In this document: positions 55,501 through 64,000 of the stretch, piece after piece
Layout of the letters: every line of letters begins with the position of its first letter
Position numbering within the stretch: the first letter of the stretch is position 1
Source of the DNA: Raillietiella orientalis
Taxonomy: Eukaryota
Assembly (NCBI GenBank): GCA_036172245.1
Contig: JAYWIR010000013.1
Span: forward strand, 1,240,001-1,304,000
Direction of reading: 5' to 3'
DNA length: 64,000 bases
Notes under the pieces: model-generated
The model's database searches: none
What the model was told of the DNA's origin: nothing
The model's input: only the letters and a program-made list of their open reading frames with translations
Position numbers and translations under genes: made by a program

Positions 55501-58500
55501 AGTCTTCTCGTGAAGAGGATCGTTTCAGTTTCCATGCTAGCTGGCGGTGTTTGAGTGCTTTCCTGAAGTGAATTTCTCCGGGATTTTCGTGCAACCGTGT
55601 TCCTGTTGTGCTCTCTCGAACTGCGGTCTCGCGCGACTTTCTATAGGGCCCGAATCGCCTGCCACATCTTTCTCTATCTATTTTCGACATTCGTCGAATC
55701 TGTGCTTCATGGAGTAATAAATTTGGTGAACGCAGCCTGCTTTTCGTCTTTGCGTGTTTTGCGGAGTCTGGAAAACCATCAAGCGGGACATTTTTTTTTT
55801 TTTTTTTTTCTACTTGTCTCAATTTCCAATGCAGTTATTTGGGCGCTTCATTTGTCTGAAAGCTTGAAGCCTCCGTTCTTGTCGTGCTCCATTCTTCGAA
55901 ACGTTCCAGGTGTCTTTCTAAGCGTGGCTTGATGAAATTGTGTTTGTTTGTTCTTGTTTTTTTTTTTTTTTTTTCATTCCCTCAGTTTACCGTGATCTCG
56001 AGGACCACACATGCGTCTACGGTTTCCCGCTTCGGAGTCCAAGGAACGAATTACAAGAGCCCTCTGCCCATCATGGCTTCCTGAGATCACTTCAGCTGCT
56101 TTTTTCCGTATCCGAGCTGGATGTCGCCTAATTGAATAACTGCACGATCTCACCATCCTCCACCTTGCCGTGACAGCGTCTTGGCCATCCCCTGTGGCGT
56201 TTCGGTCTGCTCGTTCGCAATTAATTCGTGGAGCAGTGTGGTGGTTGGCTGGTGTGCAGCTCTGTCCACATTTTGGATGCTGCTTGCACGGTTGCGAATC
56301 AGCGCAGTACTCTGTGATGATGTGTGCTTGACATTGCAGTGCATGTGTGCCCTTGGCAGTCTGTAGTCTCTGCCTTCAAAGTGTGAACAAGAAGAGTGCA
56401 AGAGGCTTCAATGGTCGTATGAATTGCAGTGCGTACTTCAGTCTCACGAGAGTGACTCCTCTAGGCATTTCGAAACGAAAAATCGATTTGTGATTGCAGA
56501 TTGCAAGGATTTGGCATGTGTGTTCACTCCCATTACTTTTTTCTCCAATCCATGAATTCTTGCTAGGAACGGAACATGCCTTTAGAAGAACTGCTCGCAA
56601 TGTATGGCTATCGCGATCACGTTGCCACCGAAAATTCACCTATTTCTAAAGACGTGGATCATCAGAATTCGACAAATGGTGCATCCGAGACGTGTGAACA
56701 GTTCCCGAGACGTGACGGTTCCGAATCTTCTCATACAACTAACAATTCTTCAACCCTTCATTTATTGTACGAGGATGATAAGCAAGTCATGTTCTCTTTA
56801 AGCAGCGACCAAGTTTCGAAATGTTCGTATGCCTTTTTTTTTTTCTTCTTCTTCTTCTTCCGCTTCTTCTGTCACTTGAGTTGTGTTGAGCGTTTGTGTT
56901 GATTGAAACGGTAATGGAACAGAATTGTGAATTAGCAGATTCTCCGCAACCGAGCGACGACGATGCAGAATACGACTCCTACTTCGAGGATGAAGGCGGA
57001 TGGAGGAAGGTACGTTTGCTTTTCCCATTTGCGTGGAGAAACTGTGAAGCGCTGATTTTTCTTTTGTTTTTTTTTTTTTGTTTTTTTCTTTTTTCGATTG
57101 CCGTTGATTCGAAGCGCTCTGAATGCTGCTGCTCTCCGTTGCTAAACGCCAAGTGTTCTTTCGGAGTAATGCGGCGGGCAATTTTTTTTTCCTGAATGGT
57201 AGAGCGAGCAGGTCCGGAAGGGGTAAGGAACATTCTGTAGCTCGGTGGGTACTGGCTAGCCCTCCCGTGAAATCTGCAGGCGACGCGAGGAATGCTGTTT
57301 TTGTTTTTGTTTTCATCCTTTCCTTGCCTGACTTAAATTTAACCATTGCCCACCGCGAAAGGAAAGCAGCGAAACCCCGGTCGCATTGCCTCACTGTCTA
57401 ATTATAGAATCCGCTCGAGCTGGGGTGTCAGGGGTTGCTAGACAAGCCTGCATGCGAGGGAACGCAGATTTCGAATTTTAAATGTGTGCGTGCGTGCACT
57501 GTTCGAGGTGTTTTGCAGATCCTCTTCATGTTATCTTTCATGTTTAGCAAGTAAAGGTGGGAACGGCATTCCAAGCTTTTCTTCCAGAAGAAATGAGTCC
57601 GTATGATGATGCGCTTCCTTACGAGAACGAAGACAAGCTGCTGTGGAACCCGTGGCCAATAGAAAGCGCTATCACAGAAGCTTACCTGCTGGAAGTGGAG
57701 AAAATGGTGAATGGAGACAAACAGCTGGTGGGAAACCAGAGTAATGAAAAATGCAAGAGCAAGGACTCCGAGCAGCACATCATATGGGATAGCGAACAGG
57801 TATTCGATCTCTCTCCCCCCCCCCCCTCCCCTTCCCGGTTGCGAGGAAACAGGCAGAGCTTTCCTCCGGTGTTCCAGGCCCTGTGTCTACTTCTGCAGTG
57901 CGGTTATAACGTGGAGGAAGCACTGCGGCGGTGTAGAATAAGCCCATACCCCTTGACCTCCAGCATGAGCGTGTGGTCGGAAGTCGAATGCATGGGATTC
58001 GAAGATGGGCTTGAAATTTACGGGAAGGATTTTTATCAGATTCAGAAAAATAAGGTTCGTATCCCTGTGAGTCGCCCCTCCCCCCCGAAAATACAACGGG
58101 GAAGGAATTAGGTGCACACGAGATCCGTTGGCGAACTGATCCATTTTTATTACCTGTGGAAGAAGACGAGCAGACACGACATATTTACCAACAGGGTACG
58201 CTTTGAGAAACGGAAGTACATACTGAACCCGACCACCACGTAAGCCCCCTGGCCTTTTGCTCTTAAACTGAGTGTTGGAACGCGCGCGCGCGTACGGCAG
58301 GGATTACATGCAGCGTTTCATCGACGAACAGGAAAGCCCGGCCTTCCTTCATCCCAGAGAAAGGTCGGCGAGCCCGAACATCTGTAGCCTCATCTACGGA
58401 GATCCTAAGAGACATCGCTGTAACGATGTTCTGACTGCGCCGCAGTGCAAGGAGGAAGAGAAGGACGCCCTGCATCCTCACGCTTTTGACAATTTCCATT

Positions 58501-58676
58501 TGGGACTTTCCAAGTCGTTCCAGCTCGGCAGCAACGGTCAGCATGTGGCCGTGCTGTCGTCCACGAGCGAACATCCAAGTCATCGCCCTTCGGAAGCAAA
58601 AGACTTGATATCAGTAAATAATCTCCCCAGCAACGTCTCGAACGAATCTGTGGAGGCGTCTCTGGCAACTTCCTGA
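49578..58676 (+). CDS. MIER-family (mesoderm induction early response) ELM2-SANT corepressor, about 465 aa
   Basis: Exons 54960-55096 (MMVHDYDDERTLEDEE), 56567-56785 (MPLEELLAMYGY; donor uncertain), 56923-57009 (WRK), 57548-57799 (ELM2: VGTAFQA...YENEDKLLWNP), 57878-58054 (ALCLLLQCGYNVEEALRR; SANT: WSEVECMGFEDGLEIYGKDF), 58112-58239 (RSVGELIHFYYLWKK), 58301-58676. The first exon, 49578-49599 (MTDSPNL-G), is inferred from phase compatibility and is less certain. AATAAA lies near 58791. Confidence 0.9.
52000..54300 (-). mobile_element. Possible highly decayed LINE RT remnant in the putative MIER intron 1
   Basis: Weak RT-like string SYAVQIVT (YADD-like, ~52870) in a mid-GC tract with no intact ORF. 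Confidence 0.2.
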
Positions 58677-58949
58677 ACTCTCTGTTTTCCTGAGCATCTT
58701 TAGATCATAGTACAAAACGTTTCACTTATTTGGGAACATTATTTAACAAAATGTCTTTATGTTCTTAGATCGAAGATTATATATTTTATAAATAAAATTT
58801 TATATCGGATTGCTGCTGCGTTCGAAACTCCAAGAGCATTTTTCCCGAAGTTGATCTGTATAACTTACTTCATTCAAGACGATCCCAATAAATTTATTTT
58901 CGAACCGTCGACTTCATTTCTACATGGCATCTTTTGTTTCGCAGCCATC

Positions 58950-61100
58950 CGTGGTGGATGACCGACGAAGGGGTCGGCCGTACAAAGCGCGTAAACTGCC
59001 CTCTAGCGACAGTGGCGGTGCGATCGGGCTATTAACACCAGAGGACCGGTGTGCCTATTTGCCACCCCGTGCTTGCTTAATTGCGGAAGAATACCCTCGC
59101 AGTACTGCTGGGGCTGAGTGAGAGCACATGACCATGCATCCAGCTTTCCGTGGTTACAGAAAGGGGATTGGTATTTTCGGGCCTGCAACCAGTGCTCAAT
59201 CAAAATGAACGAATGGCAGCGAAGTACCGCGGAGTGACCCGGAACGTAGGCTTTCCCGATCACAGGAACGACAAGAGATGAATTACGTTGCACTTCCCGA
59301 TTCTTATCGACAACAGCAACGGCGGATGACCCCAAAGGTTGCCAGCGCACCCCATCAGCAGGGTGCGTTGGCAATACAAAGGCAGGTTTTGAGGAAGAAG
59401 CATCGACCCCCTCGTTGCCGTATGGAACCCGTTGTCATGTGCTGATATCTTTCTGTTGCCTCTTACATTAATACAACTGTCCCTGAGTATGGCTTCATAG
59501 TACATGTACATCACAGTATATCAAAGCGTGCACTTGGTGCTACGACCAAACTGGACTGCCAGTCCAAGTGGCTGCTATGTTGTTCCCCTACACTTAGCAC
59601 ATTGCTGTGCCTTACGATGTGATGCTGCTGACAGCAGCAGCAGCATTGATTTTATCCAGCACAGTCTGGCTGGCCATTGGCTGAATTCCTTCCGCGTCGA
59701 AATGTGGATATTGATCCTGGAAAACTTGACATAAATGCCTGAGAACACCCATAATTCGGGCATGCTGGATTGACGCCCAAGTATTTGCCTCTGTTGGTTC
59801 GTTCACGAGATGCGTCCGAAGCTTTTGATAGGAGGAAGCTTTCAAATTTCTCGAAACGGAAAAGAAACCCTGCAGGATGCAAAGCGGACGAGTATTCTTG
59901 ATGCAAAAGAAAACCGAACACGCTGACTCTTTGAACAATAGCAAATGCCAATGGAAGTACTTGCGCGGAGGGACCCATCTTCTTGTAACTAAAGACGAGA
60001 GACACTATAGGGGGGTATCCCTGTTGTGTCTCAGAGCATACTTGCAACATCTCCCGTGCCAGTGTTGCTAATTATTAAGGGTACCCAGGAGATGGCTTTT
60101 TCCCAGGAAAGGCTGACTCCGTGCTAGAGGAATGTCACAGAAGGCTTCATCGGGGTCTCTGGGCTGAATTTTTCGCGGGGGAAAACCCTAGCTCTGCTCT
60201 GCCTGCTGCAGATGAATACAAGAGAAACGCGACCACAATTTCCAGAGATTTTGTGTGACGTTTAGAAATAGTAAGCGACCATGAAGATTCAAAGATGTGA
60301 TCTAGTAAATCTCTAGAAGCAAAAAGGAAGCTTGAAAAACTGGAGGAGATTTTCGAAACCTCCACTCCAGGTGCGATTGATTGCGTGCAAGTAGACAACG
60401 AGGTAGGCATCCTTGTTTATCCTGCCAGTTATCGAATTGCCCAAGGTCTCTTCTTCTACAAGTGGCGTTTCTTCCCGAATCTGGTTTTTCCCTTCCCACT
60501 TTTTCGGCAGGCACACCGGAAAGTGCTGCCAGGCGGCGAACTCTGGAAATGCAGAGACGACCTGCCGCAAGCCTGTTCCCCCCATGTGCGCCCAAGCACT
60601 CGGAGCTTGGAGGGCTCGAGAAGGAAGAATGGCAGAACACTTTCCGTTCCTGACTTTCGCTTTTATTGCCGCCGCCGTCCAGCTTTTCTAAGAACGCGGG
60701 AATGTCTGCGCAGAACCACTTGACGAAGTGATGGGAAATGCCACAATGACAACTCGCGATCGATGAACGGCAGCCGCCGTTCCGTCACAGGGAATCTCCT
60801 TCGTTGTCGTTTGATTGGATAGGGAGGCTAAGTCGCTGGATGCGTGGGGGAGGAAATGGGTTCACAACAAAGAATGCGTGGTGCATCCGGACAAGAACAG
60901 GGCGTCCTTCGTAGAAGAATTCTACATTCTTCGACCGAAGCGAACAAAGATCCGCGGAGTGGAAGGGCACGTGACTTCGATGGGGGTTTACAACTTCCGA
61001 GACAGCCGCTTGTCTTTGCATAACTGAGAAGCTCCGTGCACCGGACTGTTCCTCAGAATTGCTGCCGTCTACAGAAGAATGACTATTAAAGCCTTCAGAA
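58950..61100 (-). mobile_element. Decayed LINE RT remnant downstream of MIER
   Basis: IKNTRPLCILQGF..YQKLRTHL (NYRPISLL..RL-like, ~59900-59810) and GFHTATRGSMLLPQNLPLY (G.PQGS.LSP.LF-like, ~59430-59375) occur in the correct order. Confidence 0.5.
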
Positions 61101-62099
61101 TTGTGTGCACTATAACGATGAAGTATAGCACTGGATGCTGCTAATTAGAGGGAAAGGGGGAGGGGGACCTCTCTACTCTAGCTGGCCTGGAATTTCCCTT
61201 TAAGCCAACGAGAATGCTCCTTTTCCAGGGAACGGAGCTTTTCAAACGGATCCGGCGGCAGTTTCTCGTCAAGTCTACAAGAGCAGCGGCATGCAGTGCG
61301 CACATCATGCTCCTCCATGCTCTCTTCGTGACATACGTTCCTCTTCCTCCGGGCGCACATGCATCCGCGTCACGTGCTCCTGGAGTGGAAGAAGGGATTT
61401 GTGGACACAAAATGATATCCAATCATCGGACGCCACAGCTCGATGCTCCTCAACACATTCCACGTTTCCCGCAGGCGAGGTCAACGGATTCAAGAGTCTT
61501 CAGACGCACCTCCCGCCCTCCTGGAACTGCAGGTAGCTGCTGGTTTCGCGCATGGACTCAGACAAGCCTTAATGGAAGGTTTTGCTGTTCGAATGCTGCC
61601 GCGGACATGCCAGGGACCGAGAGTAGCCGGAGTAGGAAGTTCCGAGGAAATCCTCTTGACCCAAAATCCGGATGGAACGCTCCCGTCGACACCAAGGTGC
61701 TACATTCGGCGATAACAGGGGCAACAGCCAAGTGCCAAAATTCCTGGACGTGCGGGAAAAGGCAAGAGCGAGCAGGGTTTCTTCTGCTCTTGGGCCGAAA
61801 CGGTCCTGGACTCCACTCCCAGCTGATCGAATGACGCGGTATTTGGTCATCATCGCGCGCCCGAGGAGATGAACACGAATGAAGTAAAAAACAAACAAAC
61901 AAACAAAAAACCTTAGAAACGAGTTCCCTCAAACATGAGACGGGGGTGTGCAAGGAGGTTGAGCGAAAACGAGAGAGGAAACAACGAATGAAGAGACAAT
62001 GGAATTCCCAAAAGCTCTTCCAATAATCCCAGGAGCATTCAGATAACCCATCGTCCTTTTTGCAGCAACAACACGAAAAGAGAAAAAAGAAGAGAAGAG

Positions 62100-64000
62100 G
62101 CGTAAAGGATTCCAAGACCCTAAGCGGCAGCTAAAATCTGATACGGAGCAAAGAAGGAGAGCAACGAGACACACGGGTTCTTTCGTACCCAGCTTGAAGT
62201 TTTAGTGACTGCACGCATCCCAGGGGTCCCTGAAAACAACTCATCATGGCGGAAAAGATCATCAGATGCGGGACGCTCCCTCCCGTGAACTGGGGCCGGG
62301 GAGTTGCCGGGGCCACGGGCCGCTCTGAGTACGCAACCAGACACAGGACCTGCCACGGGATTCTGCCGGGACGGGATAAGACAGCGCCGCCGTGGCAGCG
62401 GCTGCAAAGGGTGTGTCGCTCTCCGTGTCGCCGTGCACGCGAGGCCGCTTCCACGCGTGCCTTTCTGTCCGTGGACGCACTGACTGAGGTGGACCTCCAC
62501 GACCAACATGACCCACTGTCGTAGCCGGTGCGGGCTGTAGCCCTCCGTGAGAGGAAAGGGAATAACCCGACACGGGAACTGCCACGGAACTCTGCCTCTC
62601 CAATTGGGACCCCTGGTGCTTTGTCTCCTCAGGGACATCCCCGGTTTCGAGTTAAAGAGAGAAAGACCGAATGGCGCTGGTGTACCTTTCTCCATGAAGA
62701 CTTCTGGATGACCGGCGAAACTGGACTCGGATGAGCTGGTAAACGGTTCCGGCAGCGAAGGCGGTGAGAGGGCGACTTGCACCTGGAACTCCCGTTGCAG
62801 GAACTGCACTGGGAGACAGAACGAGCAACGGGAAGAAGCTCGCTCAAAATGAAGGAAGAAGAAACCGGAAGGTGCTTCGAGTCCGCTCCTCCCGAAGGTC
62901 GGGACTCTGGAGCGAAGGTCTCCTTCCAAAGGTGGTTCGACCCCTCGGGACTTCTTCCCGTCCCCACTGAAGGCAAGAAGGGACTCGTGGGCCAACCGGC
63001 TCCTAGACTCAAAGACTTGCGTGCTCCGCATAAGATGGTGAACGGGGTCTCTTTACGTTGGAAATGACGGAACTGCAGCTCCAGATCAGGAGACTCGCTC
63101 TCGCGGCGAAACTGTGGACAGTGTCTTGATGCTCACCAAGAGAGCAACCGGCTGCGAAGGACTTTATTCGGTCCTCCTAGCCGACGACACGAGTCTGAGG
63201 CATTATGGCCATCAGCTACGTCGGATGGTTGACTTGACGAATTGCACTGCCTGGTTCCAGGAGTCAGTTTCCGCATATTGAAAGATCTACGGCTTGAGAG
63301 AGGTGAAGTGAGTTTCCTGCCTCCGGGAAGGAAGACACTCTTGAGAGCCGTTGCAGGAGATCTTCTGCAACCCACGCATGCTGCTGTGGGCTTGCTTCAC
63401 CCCCCTTGCCCCAGTGCTTCTCTCCCTGAAGGACGCAAGGGACAGCGATCTTCCTGCAAAGTGGGAGGAGTCGTGCCGCATCCAAGGCAGGAAAACACTT
63501 CTAAGCGGGTGGACAACTCGGTAGCTAGCGGACACTGAGACCCCGAGTGTCCCGCCAAAAAGACTTTTACTCTGGGGCAGTTAGCCCCAGAGTAAAAGTC
63601 CACGATTCCTCCGGAGGAGGTGAAGAGGCCGTCCCCAGCCTGCTGGAACAGGGGCACTCCCTTACTCAAGGGAGGACTTCCTGCACCTCCTGCTGGGCTG
63701 TGCCACCCTCCGACCCCTTTGGGATCGCCTCTCGACGATGCTAGAAATCCCGGTAAACGGCCTCAGGGACATTTTCAGACGCCTCTTAGCGCGTGGTGCC
63801 TCATTGCCGCCAGCCGCGTCCCTCGCGGTCTCCGAGGCATCACAGTGGCCTGGAACGCCAGAAGAGGCCTAAGTGGCAGGGATGCCATCCACTGGGTGCG
63901 GATATTTTTTGAAGATCGCCTCCAGATGGCCCCACCTGGGTGAACGAACAACACTTGTCAGCATCGTGGACAGGATGCAGAGGACGTTTGTCACCCGGAT
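62100..64000 (-). mobile_element. Possible decayed LINE 3' region (runs off the window end)
   Basis: GC-rich, frameshifted tract. PRVHGDTESDTPF near 62450 weakly resembles the C-terminal zinc-binding motif of LINE ORF2. Confidence 0.2.

Overview
Eukaryotic, probably invertebrate, genomic DNA with many very short GT-AG introns (about 40-60 nt). Four spliced housekeeping genes can be rebuilt exon by exon with consistent reading phase: PFAS/FGAM synthase (minus strand, 5' 752 codons, continues off the left edge), METTL1/Trm8 tRNA m7G46 methyltransferase (plus, complete), an isochorismatase-domain ISOC-like gene (minus, complete) and a MIER-family ELM2-SANT corepressor (plus). Between and inside these genes lies dense, decayed mobile DNA: several APE/RT LINE remnants, an RLE-type (NeSL/Utopia-like) retrotransposon fragment, and a 730-bp internally deleted piggyBac that retains its cysteine-rich domain. 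There are also at least seven pieces of a ~650-nt repeat with a tRNA-like head, two B-box-like motifs and a body rich in UUCG-type hairpins. This putative structured SINE family is the most novel-looking element here. Sharp GC-rich and AT-rich domains cut through individual genes, and a ~1-kb extremely AT-rich island contains long perfect palindromes. I found no CRISPR array, rRNA, intact tRNA or prokaryotic system. All family assignments come from motif recognition by eye, not from database searches.
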